A stretch of 64,000 bases of DNA from an uncultured Granulosicoccaceae bacterium (GTDB taxonomy: Bacteria; Pseudomonadota; Gammaproteobacteria; CALCKW01), in the NCBI GenBank assembly GCA_937965695.1, contig CALCKW010000030.1:8951-72950 (forward strand), read 5' to 3'. Position 1 is the stretch's first letter; every line of letters starts with the position of its first letter. The translations under genes were made by a program, and so were the position numbers. Shown here piece after piece: positions 10,439 to 19,168 of this stretch. The notes under the pieces were generated by a model that saw only the letters and a program-made list of their open reading frames with translations, did not search any database and was not told the DNA's origin.

Positions 10439-11355
10439 ACTCGTCTCCCATACAAGCCTGAAGGTTTAACAACCAGCACCACTGCCATCAGTATATAAAT
10501 CAGCATTGACGAGAACATCATCGCTATTGATTTCGCCTGCGCAGGTTCGAGAAACGAAGACAGCAAAGCAAGCAACAAAATACTACCGAGTTTCTCTGTT
10601 AGCCCAACTAAGAGAGCACCTATAAATGCCCCTTTGATCGATCCAATGCCGCCAATCACAATCACGACGAATGCAAGAATCAGCACTGGCTCTCCCATGC
10701 CCACCTGCACAGACTGCACCGCACCGACAAGAGCGCCAGCTAGTCCTGCAAGCGCGGCACCAATGGCAAAAACTGCGGTGTAGAGCTTCGAGATATCGAC
10801 ACCCAATGCCGCAATCATTTCCCTGTCGTTTTCCCCTGCCCTAATGCGAACACCAATTTTTGTCTTTGCTATTAGCAAGTAAAGTGCAATCGCCACAAGT
10901 AGCCCTATCAGAATAATTGTCAGGCGATACAACGGATATTGCAGTCCACCGGGTAATATCACCGCTCCTTTTAAATAGTCCGGAATATCTAGATAAAGCG
11001 GAAAAGAACCAAAGAGCCAGCGAGTCCCTTCAGAAAAAATAAGAATGAGCGCAAATGTCGCTAACACCTGATCTAAGTGATCGCGGTTGTAAAGACGTCG
11101 AATAACCAAAAACTCTACTAATGCTCCAGCCGCTGCAGCCACCCCTAAACTAGCGGCCAATGCCAGTAAAAAAGACCCAGTAGCATTCGCAACGGCTGCC
11201 GCCGCGAAGGCACCAATCATGTACAGAGAGCCATGTGCGAGATTGATTAATCCCATCACACCAAAAACTAGAGTCAGCCCTGCGGCCATCAAAAAGAGCA
11301 TTACCCCAAACTGAATGCCGTTGAGGATCTGTTCGAAGACCAACATCAGAGACAT
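10435..11355 (-). CDS. Liv-type ABC permease (LivH-like)
   Basis: GLTLVFGVMGLINLAHG, AFVVIVIGGIGS, KPSGLYG. Confidence 0.92.
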   Translation of the reverse strand: MSLMLVFEQILNGIQFGVMLFLMAAGLTLVFGVMGLINLAHGSLYMIGAFAAAAVANATGSFLLALAASLGVAAAAGALVEFLVIRRLYNRDHLDQVLATFALILIFSEGTRWLFGSFPLYLDIPDYLKGAVILPGGLQYPLYRLTIILIGLLVAIALYLLIAKTKIGVRIRAGENDREMIAALGVDISKLYTAVFAIGAALAGLAGALVGAVQSVQVGMGEPVLILAFVVIVIGGIGSIKGAFIGALLVGLTEKLGSILLLALLSSFLEPAQAKSIAMMFSSMLIYILMAVVLVVKPSGLYGRRV

Positions 11356-11400
11356 AGAAAAACGAACCTGTCGTTAGGTTGGGGATCAATGAGGAAGAGA

Positions 11401-11435
11401 TAGCCCATCCGCTGTGCCTGTCAGCGGCTGGGCTA
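11401..11435 (-). promoter_or_regulatory. Intercistronic stem-loop between binding-protein and permease genes
   Basis: TAGCCCATCCGCTG-TGCCTGT-CAGCGGCTGGGCTA inverted repeat. Confidence 0.55.
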
Positions 11436-11448
11436 GAAGCACATCTTT

Positions 11449-12588
11449 TTAGAACGAGCAATCGGCAGCATAGACGTCAGAATGCGCTATCAAAGCCGTT
11501 TCGATGATCTTATTGGTAAAAACATCACCTTCTTTTATCACTTCACGAACGTAGATATTTTGGATTGGATGATGATTGGACGCAAACGCAAACTCTCCTC
11601 TGACTGATTCAAAATCTGCGGCTTCTAACGCTGTGCGAAAAGCGTCTTGGTCATTGACATCAGCGGTTGCCATAGCACTTAACAATAAATTGGCGGTATC
11701 AAACCCTTGGCTTGCATACAGTGAAGGCAAACGATCGTATTTCTCTTTGAAGCTCTTAACAAAGGCCATGTTAGCTGGGTTTTCAATGTCTTTATTCCAT
11801 TGAGAAGTATTTTTCACACCCACGGCCGCTTCTCCAACTGCTTGTAATATACCTTGATCGAAACTAAACGCTGGTCCAATCAACGGAAGGTCTAGTCCGC
11901 TATTAGCGTATTGCTTTAGAAAAGAGATACCCATTCCACCCGGTAAGAAGAAAAACACTGAGTCTGCATCGGAAGCACGAATCTGTGCAATTTCAGCAGC
12001 GTAGTCATTTTGCCCAATTTTTGTAAACAGTTCGCCCGCGGGCTCACCATTAAACATGCGCTTATAACCAGTCAGTGCATCTACACCCGCTGGATAATTT
12101 GGCGCCATGATAAAGCTATTACTGTAACCCGCTTTGTTTGCGTATTCGCCAGCCGCTTCATGAAGCCCGTCGTTTTGCCAAGCTACATTAAAATAGTTAG
12201 CGTGGCAGCCTTTGCCTGCAAGCGCAGCTGGGCCTGCGTTAGGGGAGAGGTAAAACTTCCCCTGGGCGGTGGTGCTAGGCACAACTGCCATTGCTAAGTT
12301 GGACCAAATGATGCCTGTCAGTACGTCGACTTTTTCGGATTGAATCAATTTGTCTGCAAGCTGAACAGCGACATCGGGTTTGCGCTGATCGTCTTCAATC
12401 ACCACACTCAAACCTTCGACACCAGACTGCTCTACTGCCAGCATAAAGCCATCTCTGACATCTATGCCAAGTCCAGCCCCGCCGCCTGACAAAGTAGTGA
12501 TCATACCGACCTTGAGGTCTGCGCTGGCATTTGTTGCGCTCAGGGCGAGGGCCAGCGCGGCTGTAAACGTAAGCTTAGAGAATTTCAT
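11449..12588 (-). CDS. Liv-type ABC substrate-binding protein
   Basis: Sec signal (ASA-D), KVGMITTLSGGGAGLG, EDDQRKPD, type I periplasmic binding protein pattern. Confidence 0.9.
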   Translation of the reverse strand: MKFSKLTFTAALALALSATNASADLKVGMITTLSGGGAGLGIDVRDGFMLAVEQSGVEGLSVVIEDDQRKPDVAVQLADKLIQSEKVDVLTGIIWSNLAMAVVPSTTAQGKFYLSPNAGPAALAGKGCHANYFNVAWQNDGLHEAAGEYANKAGYSNSFIMAPNYPAGVDALTGYKRMFNGEPAGELFTKIGQNDYAAEIAQIRASDADSVFFFLPGGMGISFLKQYANSGLDLPLIGPAFSFDQGILQAVGEAAVGVKNTSQWNKDIENPANMAFVKSFKEKYDRLPSLYASQGFDTANLLLSAMATADVNDQDAFRTALEAADFESVRGEFAFASNHHPIQNIYVREVIKEGDVFTNKIIETALIAHSDVYAADCSF

Positions 12589-12707
12589 TGTTCATACCTC
12601 TTTTTATAAAGTGAAGCTGTGTCGTTAAGCAAAAGCTTGCTGCCTTACAACGTAAGGTTATACATGAAGATCTTCACCGAGTGATGTATTAACAATACGC
12701 CGCCCAG

Positions 12708-12732
12708 AATTATATTTCAATTATAAATAATT
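12708..12732. promoter_or_regulatory. AT-rich imperfect palindrome upstream of the ABC operon (possible operator)
   Basis: AATTATATTTCAATTATAAATAATT; core TATTT-N7-AAATA. Confidence 0.3.
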
Positions 12733-12763
12733 TAGATGTGAAGTAAAATGCTTGAATCCACTA

Positions 12764-14356
12764 TCAGTACCCTATGGCACAACCATCCTTGCGCGGGTCT
12801 GAGGCCCCCGTTAGCACACCTTGATCCCAGTCGATGGAAATCGCCTGCGAACCGCCAATAGGCCCAACAGCATCGGCAACCCTGTGTCCGCGATCTCGTA
12901 AGGCTGCGACCAGTGCTGCGTCTACGCTTGTTTCGATTTCTACGTCGCCCGAAAACGGATCGACCATAAATCGGGGCAAATCCATAGCTTCTTGCAAATC
13001 CAAGCCAAACTCGTAATGTCGACTGAGAAACTGCAGGTGTCCGAAAGCTTGGTACTGACCACCCATAACGCCGTAGCTCATCTGTACTTTGCCACCCTGA
13101 CTGATCATTCCCGGAATGATAGTGTGCAGCGGACGCTTACCCGGGGCTATTGCATTTGGGTGCCCTGCTTGCAAACTAAAGCCTTGGCCACGGTTTTGAA
13201 ATACAACGCCTGTATCCGGAGCCATCAACCCGCTACCAAAGCCGTGAAAGACCGTGTTAATAAAACTGCAAGAATTACGATCTTTGTCCACAACGGATAT
13301 ATACACGGTGTCGTTGTGACGCGGTAACATCCATTCTCGCGGAGGTTCAACCGCCCGGTCCGGGTCAATTTGTGCCAACAATTGCGCTGCATACTTTGGA
13401 CTGAGCAGCTCCTCAACAGGCACTTCCGCAAACTTCGGATCTGCCACATAGGCATTGCGCGCAGCGTAAGCCAAACGACACGCTTCCAGTTCAGCATGCA
13501 CACGCTCTTCGGCCAATGCACCTTTCGTTGTGTACGCCCCTTGAAGCATGTTGAGCAGTAACAGTGCAATAACACCTTGGCCATTGGGTGGACACTGATG
13601 TACTTGTCGACCTAAGTAGTCGCTATTAATGGGGTTGACGTACTCGCCTTGTGTATCCCGAAAATCGTCAACGCTGTGCAGCCCACCTTGTTGCTGTAAA
13701 TACGCAGCCATCGATTCTGCCAGCGCACCGTTGTAGAACCCTGCACGCCCTTCTCTAGCAATCAACTCTAAGCTGTCCGCCATCGCAGGCAGTCTATGCA
13801 ATTGACCCACTGCCGGAGCCTCACCGTCGACTAAATAAGCGGCAGCCGTGTTTTCATCTCGACTCAGGTGAGCAGTCGAGTTGTGCCAGTCATGTCTTAC
13901 ACGTGAAGACACGGGAAAACCTTCCCGTGCGTAGTGAATAGCAGGCTCCAGTACAGCAGCCAAAGGCAAAACGCCATGATCTCTGTTGAGCTGATACCAA
14001 CCGTCCACGGCGCCAGGTAAGGTGACTGCGTGCGGTGAATGTTGAGCTATTTCGGAAATACCTTGCTGCGCGTACCATTCAACGGTGGCAGCCTGCGGAG
14101 CCCTGCCAGAACCATTGAATGCTATCGGGGTGCCGCGCCCCCCCGGCGCATAGATACAGAAACAATCTCCTCCAATTCCCGTAGACCCGGGTTCCACGAC
14201 GCCTTGCACGGCAGCGGCAGCGATTGCACCATCTAACGCATTACCGCCAGCCTTCAACATATCTAGAGCGGCTTGACTAGCTAATGGTTGGGACGTGCAC
14301 GCCATGCCTTGCGTAGCGTGCACAGGTGAGCGACCGGGTAATTGGAAATCACGCAT
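12764..14356 (-). CDS. ggt: Gamma-glutamyltransferase family protein (Ntn hydrolase)
   Basis: GIGGDCF, PPNGQG, autoprocessing site HND-TVYISVVD, PGKRPLHTIIPG, GVMGGQYQ, GASDPRKDG. Confidence 0.9.
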   Translation of the reverse strand: MRDFQLPGRSPVHATQGMACTSQPLASQAALDMLKAGGNALDGAIAAAAVQGVVEPGSTGIGGDCFCIYAPGGRGTPIAFNGSGRAPQAATVEWYAQQGISEIAQHSPHAVTLPGAVDGWYQLNRDHGVLPLAAVLEPAIHYAREGFPVSSRVRHDWHNSTAHLSRDENTAAAYLVDGEAPAVGQLHRLPAMADSLELIAREGRAGFYNGALAESMAAYLQQQGGLHSVDDFRDTQGEYVNPINSDYLGRQVHQCPPNGQGVIALLLLNMLQGAYTTKGALAEERVHAELEACRLAYAARNAYVADPKFAEVPVEELLSPKYAAQLLAQIDPDRAVEPPREWMLPRHNDTVYISVVDKDRNSCSFINTVFHGFGSGLMAPDTGVVFQNRGQGFSLQAGHPNAIAPGKRPLHTIIPGMISQGGKVQMSYGVMGGQYQAFGHLQFLSRHYEFGLDLQEAMDLPRFMVDPFSGDVEIETSVDAALVAALRDRGHRVADAVGPIGGSQAISIDWDQGVLTGASDPRKDGCAIGY

Positions 14357-14836
14357 TTAAAACTTCCGCTGCAGAGGGTTCAACAGAAGTTTACAGCGGA
14401 TCAGCCTATTAGATAACTGGTAGGCAAATTATTAAACCAGCGGCTTAGGCTGCTTTGGGAAGAAAACGCTTAGCAGGAATGAAGCTAGGGGCACGCTGCA
14501 AGCCCACCGTCACGCTGCGGTCATGTCTAATAGTATGCCACCCGCGCATAGCAGCCAGGTCATACACACGTTTTAGCTTTGGAGCTGGTTTCATCCTTAA
14601 AGGCCTCTATCTTTGTAAATTCAACGAAATTGACTTATCAATGACTCCACTTTCAATTTTTTCGGCAACAATCTTCAATTCTGTAGTACTCAGATGCAGT
14701 TCCACTATAGGTACAAAGTAATCAAAAGTGTCGGTGTGTATTTTGCACTGATTGAACGTACAGCCAGAAAACAAAGACAACCGCACTGAATAGCATTCAA
14801 GCGACAAGAACAAAAAATAATATCAAAGAGATACAG

Positions 14837-15280
14837 ATGCCCTACCCGTCTAAAACTATAAAATTCAACGTCTTAAAAGCAATCGTTTTGACTGTTACCG
14901 CATTTTTTTGCAACCCTGCTGCGAGCTTTGCGGCAGACGCTCCGCCTTGGACAGTGAAAACAAAAAATCGTATTTTTGAAGTCACGCTTGGACCGCAAGA
15001 TGGGCCAATTCGTATTAATACAGTGCAGAAATGGATCGTGTCGATCCAAGACGCCAGTGGAAGAAAGATACATTCAGCAAACGTACAAATAGACGGGGGC
15101 ATGCGTGGCCACGGCCACGGTTTACCAACGCAACCACAAATCACTGAGAATTTGGGTGAAGGGCGTTATTTGATTGAGGGTCTGCGCCTGAACATGGTTG
15201 GCGCATGGACCTTGATGATTGGCGTAGAGTTGCTCGAAAGACGTGACGTAGCAACTTTTGAGTTTGAGATCGACTATTGA
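14837..15280 (+). CDS. Secreted YtkA/FixH-like protein with MxxHxH motif
   Basis: Signal peptide (SFA-A); DGGMRGHGHGLPTQP and GRYLIEGLRLNMVGAWTL. Confidence 0.7.
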   Translation: MPYPSKTIKFNVLKAIVLTVTAFFCNPAASFAADAPPWTVKTKNRIFEVTLGPQDGPIRINTVQKWIVSIQDASGRKIHSANVQIDGGMRGHGHGLPTQPQITENLGEGRYLIEGLRLNMVGAWTLMIGVELLERRDVATFEFEIDY

Positions 15281-16497
15281 TGAAAGTTCTTGTTGCATTA
15301 GCTTTGATAGTGAGCACTTCTGCAATTCTAGCTGACTCAGTTGTCTGGACCGAGCGAGAACTGAGAGTCCTACAGAGTTTTAATCTAAATAATTTAGGCC
15401 CCGCTCCTTATCAACCTTCAAATGCTTACGCAGATAATAAGGATGCGGCTGAGCTAGGCAAAAAACTGTTTTTTGACAAACGGTTGAGCGCGAATGGTGA
15501 GTTTTCTTGCGCCAGTTGTCATCTCCCAGAAAAACACTTCACTGACGGCAAACCACGTGCTGTTGGCCTAAAGGCCACTGGTAGAAATACGATGAGCATT
15601 GTTGGTAGCGCACACCAACGTTGGTTCTACTGGGACGGTCGCAGAGACTCACTGTGGTCGCAGGCGCTTATTCCATTCGAAGCACCAGAAGAGATGGGTA
15701 GCAGTCGCACTGAAGTCTTGAAACAAATCATGACTGACCCCCAATTGAGCCAGCACTACCGGCGAGTTTTTGGGGAGTTCCCCAAGGGAATAGACTCCGC
15801 AAAACTACCCGATCACGCCGGGCCATACGCTGACAAAAAAGGCAAGGACAGCTGGAATCGTTTGAACCCTATGCGCCAGCGAAAAATAAATAGCGCCTAC
15901 GCCAATGTCGGTAAAGCCATCGCTGCTTATGAAAGAACCCTTGAATATGCCCCCACCCGATTCGACCGATACCTAGACGAACTAGCAACGGGTAAAAAAG
16001 ATAGCAATGTGCTGAATTCTGAAGAGAAGTCTGGTGCCCGTTTATTCATTGACGCGGCTAAAACCCAGTGTTTGCAATGTCACAACGGACCAACATTCAG
16101 TAACGGAGATTTTCACAATATCGGCACGGGTAACTTCAGCGGCGAACATTTAGATTTTGGGCGTGTATTCGGACTTCAGGCGGTGCTGTTGGACGAGTTC
16201 AATTGCTTAGGTCCCTTTAGCGATGCGGCCAAAGGACAGTGCACAGAGTTGCGCTTTTTAAAACGCAATGCCCATGTTCCACTGGAAGGTTCTTTCAAAA
16301 CACCTAGCTTGCGCAACGTTTCAGAGACTGCTCCCTATTTTCACGACGGCAGTAAAACAACTCTGGAGTCCGTCATAAAGCATTACAACGTACCTCCAGA
16401 CAGAAAACAGGTTGGTGCTCACGAGTTGCGCAAACTTGAACTCAGTGTTGAAGAAGAAAAACAACTGGAGAGTTTCTTGCGGACATTGTCAGACTGA
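15277..16497 (+). CDS. Di-heme cytochrome c peroxidase-family protein (MbnH/MauG-like)
   Basis: Signal peptide; CASCH, CLQCH; YWDGRRDSLWSQA; FKTPSLRNV; PYFHDG..VIKHYN; 4-bp overlap with upstream gene. Confidence 0.88.
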   Translation: MMKVLVALALIVSTSAILADSVVWTERELRVLQSFNLNNLGPAPYQPSNAYADNKDAAELGKKLFFDKRLSANGEFSCASCHLPEKHFTDGKPRAVGLKATGRNTMSIVGSAHQRWFYWDGRRDSLWSQALIPFEAPEEMGSSRTEVLKQIMTDPQLSQHYRRVFGEFPKGIDSAKLPDHAGPYADKKGKDSWNRLNPMRQRKINSAYANVGKAIAAYERTLEYAPTRFDRYLDELATGKKDSNVLNSEEKSGARLFIDAAKTQCLQCHNGPTFSNGDFHNIGTGNFSGEHLDFGRVFGLQAVLLDEFNCLGPFSDAAKGQCTELRFLKRNAHVPLEGSFKTPSLRNVSETAPYFHDGSKTTLESVIKHYNVPPDRKQVGAHELRKLELSVEEEKQLESFLRTLSD

Positions 16498-16521
16498 CAT
16501 CACACAAGAGCAGAAAAGGGG

Positions 16522-16821
16522 TTAAGTGTTCGGATCAGTGTTATCAAGGAACTCTTTTACGAGTACCGGCGAGACACCGTGAAGCTGCCGAAGTCGCCTA
16601 TCACCCCATCCCCAGCGAGACCTGCACCAGCGTACAAGCGATCCTACCCAAGCAATCTCGAGAGCTATTAAGGCTGTGCCGATGAGCAGGAATAGCCACC
16701 CCAAAGGCAAAGGCAAAGGCACAAACACAAGCCCTAGAAAAAAGCTGCCGATACCAAGCAACAAACGCCCAATGTGGGGCCGTGCTTTTTTGTCCCTTTC
16801 AAATGTATTCACGTGATACAC
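16522..16821 (-). CDS. Small membrane protein, PGPGW-like
   Basis: Two hydrophobic helices linked by VPLPLPLGW, then LEIAW; start uncertain. Confidence 0.55.
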   Translation of the reverse strand: MYHVNTFERDKKARPHIGRLLLGIGSFFLGLVFVPLPLPLGWLFLLIGTALIALEIAWVGSLVRWCRSRWGWGDRRLRQLHGVSPVLVKEFLDNTDPNT

Positions 16822-17058
16822 ATAGCGTTTTAGATTTATAGGATTTTACTTAGCAGAACATCATAATACAGTTGCCATCAAATTAGCTGTTCCCGAGCCT
16901 CAAACTGGCGAATGCATCTCAAAATAGCTCCACACAAAAGCACAGCTCGAGTAAGAATCAGAACAGTCAAATCAAGAGACCGTGATTTTGCTCCAGTCTA
17001 AGAGACTAATAGAGCAATTTTACAATTATTTATCTATCGATATACATCAAACATCAAG

Positions 17059-17087
17059 TTGACGTTTACGTAAACGTTAATTAAGCT
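17059..17087 (+). promoter_or_regulatory. LiuR-type operator overlapping a sigma70 promoter
   Basis: 22-bp near-perfect palindrome TTGACGTTTACGTAAACGTTAA (two overlapping TT(T/G)ACGT-N2-ACGT(A/T)AA units); -35 TTGACG, 17 bp, -10 TAAGCT; upstream of an acyl-CoA dehydrogenase. Confidence 0.8.
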
Positions 17088-17146
17088 TAAAGACGCTACT
17101 GTAGCGCCAATAAAAAACTCATTCTAAAAGCTCTTGGGAGCTCTCG

Positions 17147-18280
17147 ATGTTACTCAATGAAGAACAACGATTGATGCAAGATACCGTCAAGCAATTTGTG
17201 CGTGATCGTGTAACACCCTATGCAGAACAGTGGGCCCATGCCAGGGCTGTATCCGCAGACGTATTAGCGCAAATGGGCCAGTTAGGCCTGCTCGGCATGA
17301 CGACGGATCCTGACTGGGGCGGCGCAGGTGCGGACTACGTCAGTTACGCACTTGCTCTGATGGAAGTCGCAGCTGGCGACGGTGGGCTATCAACTATCAT
17401 GAGCGTTAATAACGCTCCAATGTGCGCAGCACTTGCTCAGCTAGGCAGTGACACTCAGAAAAAACAGTTTTTAGCCCCCCTGGCACGTGGCGAGATGATC
17501 GGGGCCTTTTGCTTGACCGAATCTCACGCTGGCTCAGATGCATCAGCTATTCGGACACAGGCAAGTCGCGATGGCGATGAGTATGTCATTAACGGCAACA
17601 AGCAATTCATCACTTCAGGCAAACTGGCCGGTTGTGCACTCATTTTTGCAGTCACTGACAAAGGCGCGGGTAAACGCGGACTCTCCGCTTTCATCGTCTC
17701 CACGGACACCCCAGGCTACCAGGTGAGCAAAGTTGAAGAAAAACTGGGACAAGCCAGCTCCGACACCTGCTCATTGAACTTTGACAATATGCGTATACCT
17801 GCTGACAGCTTACTCGGTGAAGAAGGACAAGGCTACCGCATTGCTCTAGGAAATTTAGAGGCAGGACGCATCGGCATTGCCTCACAAAGTGTGGGAATGG
17901 CGCAAGCGGCCTTGGACTACGCCATTGCTTACGCAGGCGAACGTGAGAGCATGGGTGTGCCAATTATTGAGCATCAAGCTGTGGCATTTAGACTGGCAGA
18001 TATGCAGGCCAAGCTTGAAGCCGCACGCCAGCTAACATTACACGCCGCAGCCATTAAAGACTCGGGAGAACCCTGCCTTCAACAAGCCTGTATGGCAAAG
18101 CTGGTAGCTTCTGAGACGGCTGAACAAGTTTGCTCTGCTGCCATCCAAACCCTTGGTGGTTATGGTTATCTTTCTGATTTTCCTGTCGAAAGAATTTACC
18201 GAGACGTTAGAGTGTGTCAAATTTACGAAGGCACTTCCGATATCCAAAAATTAATTATCAGCCGCGGGTTTAATCGCTGA
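17147..18280 (+). CDS. Acyl-CoA dehydrogenase (short/branched-chain type)
   Basis: FCLTESHAGSD, INGNKQFITSG, GRIGIASQ, GGYGY, QIYEGTSDIQ. Confidence 0.93.
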   Translation: MLLNEEQRLMQDTVKQFVRDRVTPYAEQWAHARAVSADVLAQMGQLGLLGMTTDPDWGGAGADYVSYALALMEVAAGDGGLSTIMSVNNAPMCAALAQLGSDTQKKQFLAPLARGEMIGAFCLTESHAGSDASAIRTQASRDGDEYVINGNKQFITSGKLAGCALIFAVTDKGAGKRGLSAFIVSTDTPGYQVSKVEEKLGQASSDTCSLNFDNMRIPADSLLGEEGQGYRIALGNLEAGRIGIASQSVGMAQAALDYAIAYAGERESMGVPIIEHQAVAFRLADMQAKLEAARQLTLHAAAIKDSGEPCLQQACMAKLVASETAEQVCSAAIQTLGGYGYLSDFPVERIYRDVRVCQIYEGTSDIQKLIISRGFNR

Positions 18281-18296
18281 GTCGAGAGGCAACAAC

Positions 18297-19061
18297 ATGG
18301 AAATACAAGGCAATATAGCTGTCGTTACCGGTGGGGCCAGTGGACTGGGCGCAGCAACAGCCGCGCACTTCGCAAGCTTGGGATGCAAAGTTGCAATTTT
18401 TGATTTAGACCGAGAGCGCGGTGAGCAACACGCAAAGGATATTGATGGCTTGTTTGTTTCAGTGGATGTTAGCGATGAAGTGAGTGTCAGTGCAGGACTC
18501 GATGCTGTAGAGAATTGGGCGGGCTCCTCCGTGCGCGTGCTTGTCAATTGCGCAGGCATCGTTATTGGCAGCAAAACAGTTGGTAAGCATGGTGCGCATC
18601 CTCTAGCTGACTTTGAAAAAGTTATAAGAATAAATTTGATTGGAACTTTTAATTGCACTCGGCTAACAGCTGCACGCATGAGCGAAGCGCAGCCCTTGAA
18701 CTGCGGTGATCGAGGCGTTGTGGTCAGCACTGCAAGTGTGGCTGCGTTTGATGGCCAAGTGGGACAGGCGGCATACAGCGCTTCTAAAGCGGCTGTGGCG
18801 GGCATGACTTTGCCTATTGCGCGAGATTTGGCTAACAATGCCATTCGCGTATGCACTATCGCACCCGGAATTTTTATGACCCCAATGATGGCTGGTATGC
18901 CTGAATCAGTTAAACAAACTCTGGGAGACTCAGTACCCTACCCAAAACGCATGGGCGATCCCCGTGAGTTTGCCAAAACTGCAGCTCATATTGTCGATAA
19001 CCAATACCTCAATGGTGAAACGATTCGTATCGACGGCGCTATTCGTCTAGCACCTCGCTGA
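18297..19061 (+). CDS. Type II 3-hydroxyacyl-CoA dehydrogenase (SDR, HSD17B10-like)
   Basis: VTGGASGLG, VNCAGI, ASVAAFDGQVGQAAYSASK, YLNGETIRIDGAIRLAPR. Confidence 0.92.
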   Translation: MEIQGNIAVVTGGASGLGAATAAHFASLGCKVAIFDLDRERGEQHAKDIDGLFVSVDVSDEVSVSAGLDAVENWAGSSVRVLVNCAGIVIGSKTVGKHGAHPLADFEKVIRINLIGTFNCTRLTAARMSEAQPLNCGDRGVVVSTASVAAFDGQVGQAAYSASKAAVAGMTLPIARDLANNAIRVCTIAPGIFMTPMMAGMPESVKQTLGDSVPYPKRMGDPREFAKTAAHIVDNQYLNGETIRIDGAIRLAPR

Positions 19062-19168
19062 TTCATAGAGACTGTGTAGCCTAATTCTTTGGCAAACAGC
19101 CAATAGGAAATGACGCCGATGAATTCACGTTGCTCCACTACAGCTTGTACGCTTGGTCAACGCAAGCC

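Noticed and set aside
14455-14813. Short ORFs in the ggt / YtkA-like divergent gap
   Set aside because: No motif or RBS; more likely promoter DNA, though a remnant cannot be excluded
18251-18856. 201-aa minus-strand ORF
   Set aside because: Antisense shadow of the SDR gene
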